Below, piece by piece: positions 1 to 11,938 of a DNA stretch of 64,000 nt; the first letter of the stretch is position 1, and each line of letters opens with the position of its first letter. The notes beneath the pieces are model-generated. The model searched no databases and was not told the origin of the DNA. It was given only the letters and a program-made list of their open reading frames with translations. The translations under genes and the position numbers were made by a program. The stretch is from Dimorphilus gyrociliatus (lineage: Eukaryota; Animalia; Annelida). The stretch covers positions 1,481,713 to 1,545,712 of the forward strand of contig CAJFCJ010000004.1 in NCBI GenBank assembly GCA_904063045.1, read 5' to 3'.

Positions 1-640
1 CTGTTACTAATCTAACTGGAGATCGATATTTGAACTTTCTGCTGTATGCTACGGCAGAAGTACCAGCTTTTATTGTTATGTATTTCATACTACCAGTGTG
101 GGGAAGAAGAATTCCTTGTGCCGTCTTTCATGTTATCGCTGGATTGAGTTTGATAATGACCATTATACCTAATCTCAATCTATTATCCGAGACTCAAGCA
201 TATATATTTGGCTTAACAATGAACTTTATAGGAAAGTTTGGTATTACAGCAAGTTTTTCAATCATTTATTTGCAAATCCCGGAAATATTTCCAACCAACA
301 TTCGAAATTTTTCCATGGGACTGTGTATGTTTTCCAGCAGGGCTCTAAGTTTAGCTATACCTTTCGCTCGAACTCTGGTAAGTCAAACTCTTTTAAAATT
401 CCTAAATTAAGGTTTTGATCATTTCTTCAGGATAAAGAGATCCCTTGGCTTGTAAGAGCATTATTTGGAGGATTGAGTGTCCTGGGAGCTTTTGCAGCAT
501 TAAATGTCCCAGAGACACTTGGAAGAGACCTACCAAGAGATATGGAAGAATTGAACTCTTGGAGTTTAAAAGGACCAAAGTATGACAAACAGGGTAAAGA
601 TGAGCATGTGTATTTAGAAATGAACAAAAGCTCACAGTAA
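1..640 (+). CDS. SLC22/organic cation transporter family MFS protein, 3' part (exons <1-377, 431-640)
   Basis: GRR loop motif (WGRRIP), 'GKFGITASFSIIYLQIPEIFPTNIRN' and C-terminal 'PETLGRDLP' typical of SLC22; GTAAGT donor at 378, TTCAG acceptor at 430; TAA at 638-640. Confidence 0.88.
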
Positions 641-662
641 AGAAACAAAGCTGATTGTCTAA

Positions 663-3600
663 TTAGCTAAAAGAATTACAAAATGTATAGGCGTTAATAA
701 ACATTGCCATCCAAGGACTAAACTTTCGATTACCTATAGGCGATGGCTTATAAGGCCATTGCCAGGATAAAAAGCACCTTTCCGGGTGAGGCATTACGGC
801 TAAATGACGACCATTTTCTGAAGATAAGCCAGCAACCGCTTCCCTACTTCCATTTGGATTTAAGGGATATTCCATTGTTGGCTCGCATTTGGCGTCCACG
901 TACTGCATGCATAGCTGCTTATTTCTTTTAATGTTGGATAAAGCGCTCGAGTCGTTGTACGTAAATCGTCCTATGGGTTTTAATATATATATATATATAT
1001 ATATATCACAAAACTTTTCATAAAGTTACAAAAAAAATTTTCTAACCTTCTCCATGGGAAACATAGACGCCAAGAATACTATCTTCCATATCTTTTAATA
1101 GAATCGAATTTGACTCTCTAATACGAACACTAACCCAACGAGATTCGTAACGCTCGGATACATTGTGGTCGATAAAAACGCCATCTATCCAACCTAATAA
1201 CGCCATTAGTTGACATCCGTTACAAACTCCCAAGCTGAATGTATCTGGTCGACTATAAAATCTATCAAGCCGTTTTTTCGCCTTATCATTGTATCTGATA
1301 GTGGCTGCCCAACCCTTTGCCGATCCACAAACGTCTGCATAACTAAAGCCACCCACAAAGGCAACACCGTTAAAGCCATCAAGAGAGAATCCATCGCAAA
1401 TATCTTGAGAATTAACGTCCCAAACCTCAAACCCTGCGGAATAGAATGCTGCGGCCATTTCTCGATCTCCGTTTGAACCTTCTTCCCTTATTATAGCTAC
1501 TTTAAACTTTCTATTATGATTTAATAATCTAATTTTATTGACAAGATCATCGCAGTCGAACCTATATACATAAGTTGGATTTTTTCTAGTTGATAAATTA
1601 CTTTCCTCTTCTTCTACGCAAACACGATTTGTCTGTCTTTTTTCCAAAGCAAAACTAGTCCTTTCCCAAATATCTCTCAGTCGAACCATACTCTCACTAA
1701 TTATTTCATCTCCATTGAAACATATAGAGATTTTAGAATTTTCCACTTCATTTATTATCTTAGTCCTTGCAACTTCTTCGCAAATAATTCCAGAATTTGA
1801 GAAGAGCTGATTTATCAAAGGAATATCTTTTTCATTCGCTTCAAATACCAAACCCAATTCTTCTGCAAATAAGTAGTCAATAGCATCTGCAAAGATGACA
1901 AAAATGAAAGGTTTTAGTCACAAAACAATCTGTATTGATTTTATATTAGTTACCATTATTCTTATTTTTTATGTTCACTTCTAGTCCACAATTTCCGGCA
2001 AAGGCCATCTCTAAAAGACATGTTATAAGACCACCATCACTGACATCATGACCAGAAGTTAAAAATTTATCTGCAATATCATTAGACGTTATCTTTTAAG
2101 ATAAACAAAAAAACTTTAATTATGTAATATTACTTTTAATGCAATGTTGAATTACATTGAAGACTTTCTTAAAATAGTTACAATCTTCAAGGTCAGGGGA
2201 ATTGCATCCTATTTGTCCAAAAACTTGAGCTAAAGCCGAACCACCCAGTCTGCTTTTTCCAGGAGAAAGAGGAACATAAAATATAACGCCGTTAGAACAC
2301 TTAAGGTCAGGAGTAACAGTTAATGTGATATCCGAGCAAGAAACATAATTAGAAATGACCAAAGTTCCAGGTGATATTACTGTATCATTTTGAACCCTAG
2401 CAGCCATGCTTAAAGAATCCTTTCCACCATCAACGGCTATACCCAACTGCTTCATACACTCACACATAGCTTTGCAAGCTTTCACTAGTTTTGAACCTTC
2501 ACCCTCAATTTTTGCTGGCCACATCCAATTAGCTGAACATTTTACGTCTCGCAAATCGGATATGAATGCCCATACAAGGTTCGTTAAGGACTCCCCCACC
2601 GCCATACGAGCTCCCTTCTCCGCATCAACTAAAGTCTTTATCGGTTGCTCCCCTATAGATGTTGCTGTGCCGTACTTTGAGAAGTAAGATAATGCAACAA
2701 CCCCGACATCGGCTACTGGAGTGTGTAATGGACCTACACACTGTTGTTGTGCAACAAGACCAGTGACAGAACGATCAACTTTATTCGTAAGATACCTAAC
2801 AAATAGAATTAGATTTTCCAAAATCTCCTAATAATAGCATAAATTGAATTTGGTTATACCTTTTAGAGCCGACAGAGGGCAGTGTCAGAACGCGCTCAAG
2901 AGCTTCCATAACGTTAGTACCTACAGGTAGTTTAAAGGGGGGTTCCTTATTTTCAGTAGGAGATTCCATGTTGAAAATCTGATAATTAGAGTACTTAAGA
3001 TTTCATTTACAGGAGAATTATTATTTTACTTTTCTAGGCATTTTGCCTAAAACAGATTCAAGATCCAGATCAACAACATTTTCTACTTTCCCGCTTTTCC
3101 TCAATCTATCATCAACCAATCTTATCTGAAAAACGATAAATTAATTTTTCCACTTAACATCTTGATGATTTATAGTTAACCCTAGATGAACCAGTTATTT
3201 CACCAACAAAATCGACAGAACATCTCTCTCTTTTACTAATTGCCTTTAACTTTTCAGTTGATTTATCTTTAATCAAGATAGCGTTGCTTTAAAAAAATTA
3301 TTGATAAAAACTAGAAACTCAAGGTCAATATGGTTATCACCTTTCTTGATATTCAGCTCCCCATATTTCTAATACACTTAACGTAGGATCCGCTAAGCGA
3401 AATTTACTAATCATTATATCTGCGCCAAGAGGTTCAGATATTTCTTTTAGTACATTGCCTTAAAGAACAAAGTTTATAATAAGCCTAATATTAAATCTAT
3501 GTATTTTAATATACCGTTTCCACCCGCTCCTTGATCGTGAATACTGCAAATAGGGTTTTCTTTAGATTCTATACATGCCCTTATAACTCTGTTTAATTTT

Positions 3601-5469
3601 TGCTCCATTTCTGCATCACCTCTTTGGACTGCTCCAAAGTCTAATTCCACTTCATTATCACCCTGAATTTTGACTGACGAGGCAGCACCGCCTCCAACAC
3701 CTATTCTATAAACAGGTCCCCCAACTTTACAAATCTTCATCCCTTTTTCAGGATCTAATTTATGAATATCACTATCATCTAGAGACCCAACTCCACCACT
3801 AAACATGATCGGTTTTATCCATTCTACTCGTTTCCCTCCTACTATTCCACCAAAATTTCTTGCAAATCCGGTAATAACTGGTTCACCAAACTTATTTCCA
3901 TAATCAGACGCTCCATTACTGCCTTCGATAATTATGTCCAAGGGTTTTGCAAAATTAGGTGGGTATATCGCAGATTTGTCTTCCCATGGTAAATCAAGGT
4001 CGTCCAACAACAAATTTCCAAAAGAATATCCAGCTGAGCCGGCAACAACATTAGCACCCCTTCCAGTTGCTTGAACATCTCTAATTCTGCCTCCCGTACC
4101 TGTAGTAGCTCCAGGGAAAGGTGCTACACCTTGATAATCATTTCAAAAGTAAAAAAAAACTGCATGAAGATAATTATTACCAACCAGTAGGAAAGTTGTG
4201 AGTTTCAGCAGTGAGGAGGGCGTGTCGTTTGACGCTTTTGAAATATTCAAAAGGTGAAGCGCTTTCCGGTTGACTAGGCCTTAAAATGTCAACTTGGCTG
4301 CCGTGAATCGCACTACACAGAAACCATAAAAAATGCGTCGGTAAACAGCATAACAGGACAATAAAGAGAGATAAGGTTAGTATAATCTATGGTATAGCGA
4401 CACTGCTGAAGTTACCTGCTGTTATCACTAAATTTGATAACGTTGTTTGGATTCGAATACTCTTGTGTATTCATAACCATTTGAAATAGAGAATTTTTTT
4501 CTTCTTCACCATCAACGACCATCCTGCCTTTAAAAAACCAATGACGCGAATGTTCGCTGTTAGATTGGGCTAAATCGAAGCATTCTACATTTGTTGGATT
4601 ACGCCTTATCTAGAGTTTTAAAAGTGAAAGTTTTACAGAAGTAAACAGTCTTCAATTTAACTACTTTATCGCTAAATAATTTTGTATAATAATCCAAATC
4701 CCAATCATCAAAAGCTAAGCCTAAATCGTTGCTGACTTTCTTTAAGGCAGATCGACCTTCCCCCAGAATATCAACTTCGAAAACTTCATTGGGATTTACA
4801 GGTACTTGAAAGGATTTTAGGGTTTCCTCATAAACGCATTCCGTCATTTTGTCATATAATGCTTGTGTCACCTTCAATTTTTCTCCTTTTTCCAATATCC
4901 GCTTTGTCTTTATTAAATAGATAACCGACGTCTCCACCCGACTTATCTCTTTTAAGCCTATTTGCTGACATATTGAAACCACATTTGTACTGAATGGAGT
5001 ACAAAAGTTCAACCTTCGAAAACAGTCAAATTCAGTAGAAATTCATATTTACTACAAAATTTGAAGTAAGTAATTGAATAATTATATACCTTGGTCCTAT
5101 TTCTATAGATAGTTGACTTTTTGAGAAATCTTTCGATTTCAAGATACTTTCACTTGTAATTTCATTATTTTTGAATGGTTCTTGAATAATCCAAAGAAAT
5201 TTCTCTTTTTGAACATCATTTAATGCTAAGAAAAGACTAGATTATATATATTTTAACAGAATGTTCAGCTAAAAGCAAAATAAAAACACTTATAAAGAAT
5301 TCAATAGGAAATGAAACATACTTGTAGAACTTTCTACGTAATAACACCCTTCTGTTTTAAAGTCTTCAATAATATCAAGTTCGTTTAGAGCTTTAATAAT
5401 TCGAGACTTGATCCGGTTAATATTTCCCTCGTGTAAAGCGTTCTTTTTATAGAATCTTGAAAGTTCCAT
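663..5469 (-). CDS. PFAS: Phosphoribosylformylglycinamidine synthase (large PurL/FGAMS), multi-exon
   Basis: Exons encode HNFPTG, '[12 protein letters not shown]', 'KPIMFSGG', '[10 protein letters not shown]', 'DGGKDSLSM' and the glutaminase 'GVCNGCQL' and 'MPHPER' triad; first ATG at 5469; many short introns. Confidence 0.97.
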
Positions 5470-6094
5470 GCTTCCTTTTTTAACCAACTTGTAGAAAGTA
5501 AAAATTACAAAGTAATAGAATCTTTGTTTAAAATGCGCGTTTTTATTGGTCGAAATGCTAACCTTTATAAATTTTCCATTCTATTGTTAGAGAGACTTTT
5601 TAGAACAAAGGAATGGTTCAAAGTTCAGCTGTTTTTTTCACTTCGTATGAGCATAAGTGTACAAATCTATTGTCGCTCAGAAAAAAGATTGTATTATGTA
5701 TTAACAATGGTACACCCGTCAGTAACACGATAAATTTGCATAAAAGTAGTCAATGTGAATTTTATAAACTGATTTTGGAATATGTAAATAAAAACAGATG
5801 TCTAAAGAATTTTATTGACTAATTGAACAAAGTTCTAATTGTATTGATATAAAATCGGCGCCAACGTTCTGAACTTCGTAACGTTTACTATTTGATTTCA
5901 AACGCAGACTATCATTCACGATTCACGTAGAATTTCTAAAACTCTGTAAAGGTAATGAAAGGTTGTAAAAATGTTACCCAATTACAACCCTTTATTCATC
6001 TTTCACTATAGAAGCTCGGGATAAAAACTATTATTGAAATCGTGCCTTTTTAAATATTAGATAATTTTTCTAATAAAAAGTTTCTGTGGGAAAA

Positions 6095-8726
6095 TGAGAC
6101 AATCAAACACAAGGTGAGTAATGTGAATTGTAAATACTTTCAACTTGAAACTAACTATATAATCTTTCATAACAACAGACGGACCATAACTGTTGTCCAA
6201 TCCCAACCTATCAGTCAAGTGGGATTTAGGAATCATCCTCCTAGAGATCCCCATTCTACCCGTAAGTTCTTAACTTTTACGATGGCTATAAATAATTAAT
6301 CTACTGTATCTAACAGCTGTAGTTAGACCACCATCTTATGAGGTATCTGTTGAGGTATTGATATTATTTTAATCTTTTATATATTGATCTGACATAAGTT
6401 TGAAAAATCTTAGCCACCTCCTCCATACGAAGCCATAAATGCTATTCGCAAACTACCTAAACCTCCCAAACCGGTCAAACCAAAAATATCACCGAAACCT
6501 TCAGCAGCCTTAAATGATGCCGCGATATCTCGTAACGGAGCCCCTGCGGCAAGACCGCGCTCTCTTGTTCCGTCACATTCCGATAACAATATTAGTAGTA
6601 CAATGGCTACTGCATCTGCAGCTAGGAGCTTTGCAAGTTCAAATCCAAATCTTATTCGACAAGCACCATCCGTAGCTTCAAGCGTAGCAAATTCGGGTCT
6701 TATTCAAAAGGCTCCGCAAGCAGCAGCCTTTGCGGCAAATTCGGGTCTTATTCAAAAGGCTCCGCAAGCAGCAGCCTTTGCGGCAAATTCGGGTCTTATT
6801 CAAAAGGCTCCAGAAGCAGCAGCCTTCGCAGCAAACTCGGGTCTTCTTCAAAAGGCTCCAGAAGCAGCAGCATTTGCAGCAAATTCTGGTCTTATTCAAA
6901 AGGCTCCAGAAGCAGCAGCATTTGCAGCAAACTCGGGTCTTCTTCAAAAGGCTCCAGAAGCAGCAGCATTTGCAGCAAATTCTGGTCTTATTCAAAAGGC
7001 TCCAGAAGCAGCAGCATTTGCAGCAAACTCGGGTCTTCTTCAAAAGGCTCCAGAAGCAGCAGCATTTGCAGCAAATTCTGGTCTTATTCAAAAGGCTCCA
7101 GAAGCAGCAGCATTTGCAGCAAACTCGGGTCTTCTTCAAAAGGCTCCAGAAGCAGCAGCATTTGCAGCAAATTCTGGTCTTATTCAAAAGGCTCCAGAAG
7201 CAGCAGCCTTCGCAGCAAACTCGGGTCTTCTACAAAAGGCTCCAGAGGCAGCAGCCTTTGTCGCAAATTCGGGTTTTATTCAAAAAGCTCCAGCAGCAGC
7301 CGCCAGTGTAGCAAATTCAGATTTTATTCAAAAGGCATCTTCTGTAGCTTCTGCTCAGTCCAAAAGCAATTTAATCTCTTTTAGTCCAGAGAAAGAAACA
7401 CAGCCGCCAATTAGCCTGCCCAGATCTTCTTCAACTATGGGTTTATTAAGCGTACCTAAGAACAATGGATCTGAAACTAGTCAACCTAGTCGTTCAAATG
7501 TTAGCTCTCTAGTGGATAGATATAAAGATTTGCGAATTATTGGAAGTTTTACGAATACTTATAATACGAATAAGCCTAAAGCTGAGCAAGAAGTAAATAG
7601 AACTAGATTAGCGGAGAATAATCCATTTGAACTAATAGGATTAAATGAATCGGCTAATAGTGCTGGACAAAATGATAGCACCACAAATTTCGCATCAGAA
7701 TCAGTGGAGACAACAGCAAGTAATAACAATTTATCGCCTCCGTCAAGAGCGAATAACAATCATATTTCCTTAAATACGAAAAAGAAGAGACCTCCTAGAC
7801 CTCCTCCACCAAAAGCTCTAACCAAGCCTAATAATCCGGAAATTAAGCACAAAGTCGGTCCTACTTCCCTTTACAAAAGTGTAATGACCGAACCTCATGG
7901 ATTAGCTATACTTGATTACAACGCAAAACAACTCAATGAATTATCCTTCAAAAAAGGTGATATAATACTCTTACAAAGAAGTATTGATTCAAAGTGGATC
8001 TATGCTAAAAACGGTGATAAAGAAGGTTCCTGCCCAGTGAATTATATGAATATCATAAGCAGACCTCAGTATTTTATTGAACCTATAGTTGAAGTTTGCT
8101 ATGCGAAATTTCCTTTTACGGGAGAAAACTCAACTGAACTATCTTTTAGAGAAGGTGATAAAATAAGACTTATTGATAGGATTAGCGATGAATGGCTAAT
8201 TGGAGAATTGAACGATTCGATAGGAAGTTTTCCACTGTCATTTGTGGAATTGCAGTCTCCGATTTTGGATAATTTAAAAAATGATAAAAAGCAAAGTCTG
8301 ATAAAAAAAGATGTAAATATTTACACATACCATTTTTATTTTCAAAATTTAAATAACTTTATTTCTGTTCAAAATATTTAGATAAGAATTGCTATTGCCG
8401 AATACGACTATATATCTGACGCGTCAGAAGATCTTCAATTCAAAAAAGGCGAAGTTATTAATATTACAGAATTTATTGATGATAATTGGATGAAAGGACA
8501 AAGTTCTAATGGATCAACCGGTCTCTTCCCATCTAATTTTGTCCATATAATTCCTAATGAAAAGATCGCCTGTGCCGAATTTGATTACGAATCTAATGTT
8601 GAAGGTGATCTTTCTTTTAAACAAGGAGATTCGATAATAATTTTAGAAGATATTAACAATGAGTGGGTTAAAGGTCAAGTTAGTCATAAAGTGGGGATAT
8701 GTCCTAAGAATTTTTTAAAGTTTTAA
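6095..8726 (+). CDS. Multi-SH3 adaptor (SH3D19/Eve-1-like) with four C-terminal SH3 domains, Pro-rich segments and an N-terminal 16-aa repeat
   Basis: ATG 6095 followed by short exons with GT/AG joins; PRPPPPK motif; four SH3 units (e.g. 'DYNAKQLNELSFKKGD..W..G..P.NY', 'EFDYESNVEGDLSFKQGD..W..G..PKNF'); intron at about 8311-8380. Confidence 0.85.
6663..7334 (+). repeat. Coding minisatellite: 14 x 48 bp (APEAAAFAANSGL[I/L]QK)
   Basis: Unit starts recur every 48 nt (6663, 6711, 6759...); central units alternate between the I and L variants (96-bp higher-order repeat). Confidence 0.97.
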
Positions 8727-8860
8727 ACAGATTTTTACAAAATTTTGCTATGATTTTTTCCATCTTTTTTTATGTTATTGTGATATTCGAAAAAATATGA
8801 TTTATATACATTTTGTAATAACAAATATAATATCAATTGAAATGCTTTTTCTTTCAAAGA

Positions 8861-9905
8861 TTAAACCTGTGTTGCTAAATGTGCTGTAGTCATATCTTTC
8901 TTATGATTAGCTTCGGAAGAAGTTGCTGACTCCGTCTCCTTTGTTAATTCTTCTTCCTGTATATCAATCTCTTTCGGATATCTTCTTCGATATAAAACAA
9001 TAGTTAAAATAACAATTCCTAATATACTGGCTCCTAAAACAGAAGCTAAGGAAGCATATAAATATGTAGGAAAGTGAATAGTTTGTAATTTTTTATCCAC
9101 ATCCTCGTTAGTCAATTGTGGTGAAGCTGGATGTCTCTCTTTCGTAGAAATATCTGGGGACATATCAGATGAATAAAACCCATGACCCTTAAAAGTTGAT
9201 TTCATTATTTCGTCCCCTATTGTTGTACAATCGCATTTTTGATTATTTCGGCATTTACATTCCTGACTAATCCCTGGTTTGGTTGGTGAAGGAATAGGTG
9301 CAGGAGGATTTGGAGGTAGAGCATTTGTTACATCTTGACGAGTCGGTCCATCTGGTCCAGGTCTACCAGGGACACCTTTAAAAGAAGGTCTGAACTGATG
9401 TACAGTCGAAGTTGTTAGATCTTCTGGAAAACTCCCAATTTCTAAGGTAATAAGCAGTAATGAGTCATGATAAATATCGATAAAATTGTGCTTACTTATA
9501 CACTGTGTTCTAATTTTGCAGTGAATCTCATTACAATCAAAATCTGCTTTACAATAGTGTTTTTCCGGACAATTTTTCTGTTTGTAAAATGAACCGATTT
9601 TATAAACTGGTAGGAGTAAATAAGTATTTTAATACTACCATATGAACTCCCTCTTTACATGGATCCTGACACCTACAATATTCACAACCATTTCTATCTT
9701 GTTTTCTTCCAAATTTACATGTTATAACACAGCGGACAGGTGGACAACCCTTTCTCTGATTACAATGACACGTTGGACAACTATCAGTCAAGGAATATCC
9801 AAGTTCACTACACTTAGTTAAACACTCTCTTGTTTGGCAGACATCTTCACATATTATCTTCGAAATATACAGTAAAACCAGAATGAGTATTAAGCTGAGA
9901 TTCAT
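8861..9905 (-). CDS. Type I membrane protein with antistasin-like Cys-rich domains (3 exons predicted)
   Basis: Signal peptide MNLSLILILVLLYISKIIC; 'CPPVRCVITCKFGRKQDRNGCEYCRC' matches the antistasin pattern; spliced into a Pro-rich stalk, a TM segment (ASLASVLGASILGIVILTIVLY) and an acidic tail. Confidence 0.75.
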
Positions 9906-10990
9906 TTTTGTTCCATTTATAAAATCAAGAAGGTGTTTAACAATAAAAAAAACAATAAAATCAAGAAATCCGCATAGAAATATTGTGTTTTTCTCCAAAC
10001 TGCGTAGGCTTTTTGCAATACTATTCAACTGCAACAAAGACCCTGTACCAAGCACTACCACTTTCCGAAGGGCCATCTATCGTCTGTTTTGGTCTCTAAT
10101 CGCGAAATATACCTTTTTAGGCCTATTATAGCAAAATATTGGAGATAGTTGAGTTTCTGGAGAAAAACAAGTAAATATTTAAAAAGTTATTACCAGACAG
10201 CATGATCACGCAAAAATAGTAAAAATCTGGGACTCTATTTATAGTGTAGTTAAACACGTGTGTTCTGTAAAATTCCATTGTTCTTGCGTCAGCCAAAAGA
10301 AGGCTTATCAGGAAATTTTTTCACATAAGTCTTAACTAAATTATGAGTGATAGTTTATATAACAGATAGCAAAAAATATTAATTCAAAAATTATATAAAT
10401 ATATTTTTTATCCAATCATTATCAAGGTCAGACGGTGCCGTTTAGTGTTTATCTCTAATCATTTACAAATTAGCAGCTCCTTAAGCTCCTTCGGAATATC
10501 TATAAATTATCTATACAACTTGTTTCTTTATTAGTCTTCCTAGTCGGACCTTTCCCTTTTACCTAAGAAGTTGACTAATTAATATTATTTTTGCCTGGGA
10601 AAAATTTAATTGTCTTGTTACCAGTGCAAGACATATACTTCTTCCCTACGTAAAATCTCCCTTCATCCCTTCTCTACCTGATTTTTGGTTCATCTCATCG
10701 ATAAAAAGATAATAAATAAGGTAAGGAATGTTTTTTTTATGCTATTTTTTTTTGTTTCTTTTATTAAAAACAATCCAAACGAAACGAACTTTTTAGTATT
10801 TAAAAAAAAGACTAAGAAGTAAAAGAAACTACTTTAAAAAAATAGTAATGTGAAGTGAAAGTTCGTTTGTAGAGATTTGAATCTAACACTCCTAAATAAA
10901 AGGAAAAAAAAAAGCACGTATACGATAAGCGATGGCACCGACAGGGCTATTCTTTTCAGAACAAAGAAAATGCTCGGAATTTACAACCTA

Positions 10991-11620
10991 ATGAGCGACC
11001 GTCCAACGAAAACTTGGCAAATGTGGATAAAGCATATAATGAACGAAAAAGAAACGTTTCGATTAAGTAAAGCGGCATTTTTTAAACGGGAAGACGGAAA
11101 ATTAATTGCTTCTACGAACGATTTTTCGGTTCAGACAAAAGAAATATCTGTAAGTATATACGTACGGTATAATAGCTACATAATTAGACACAAATATTCG
11201 ACAATCGTCTGATGCATAGCACGTGATCGGTGATATAAGACGAAAAGTTTTTTTTATACTACATTATGTCCCTGTTATAGAACAACCAATACCACAATCT
11301 AATCAATATTAATTAAATATAAAAGTAATTCATACTTTTTTATATATATATATAGTATAAATTATATGTTTTGTTCATTTCAGATTCTCAATCAACATTT
11401 CGATACTGATTCAAGCATCATCTCAATAGAGGGCGTGAGCTATGTGATAAGATTAAGAGACGAACGACAGCTAATCGCCTTCAACGGTTCCAAGTATTTT
11501 ATCGTATCTCGATCGAAACTTTTAATTCTTGTAGTAGTGTGTGAAAGTAGAGCAAGAAGTTCTGACGCTGCTGTCTGGTTGAGGAAATTGACTAGTCGAC
11601 TGATTGAGAAAGACTTTTGA
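10991..11620 (+). CDS. Divergent profilin (131 aa; exons 10991-11149, 11384-11620)
   Basis: Phase-0 splice joins 'TWQMWIKHIM..LSKAAFF..DGKLIAST.DF' to 'ISIEGVSYVIRLRDERQLIAFNGSKYFIVSRSKLLILVVV..WLRKLTSRLIEKDF', giving profilin length and pattern. Confidence 0.75.
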
Positions 11621-11938
11621 TCTGTTTGTATAAAGGCAATAAAAAAAGACTTGTATATATCGTAATTGAATAGACAAACTGCTCAGTAGACCTTTTCCTT
11701 TAATCTTTATATGTCATACATGATATATTCATATTTTACGTCTTATTAATAAATATGCAACAAAACGAAATATCAATAGAGTTTCTGCATAAAATGTTGA
11801 AAGTGTAAGTTTTTAGTAATTACTTAGGCCTACGAACAGAGCAGTACCGGATATGCACTAAAGCTTAACATCAAACGCGCGTGCCAATTAGTCGGAAAAC
11901 CCACTTACCTGCTACGCCGTTTCTTAGTCGTCGTCACG

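Noticed and set aside
6678-7311. Cys-rich (CCKCCCFWSLL) antisense ORF and Gln-rich alternate-frame ORF
   Set aside because: Shadow frames of the 48-bp stop-poor coding repeat; they have no independent splice or start context.
10490-10565. Minus-strand 'VKGKGPTRK' resembling a cyclase C-terminal motif
   Set aside because: Too short, and no in-frame upstream exon was found.
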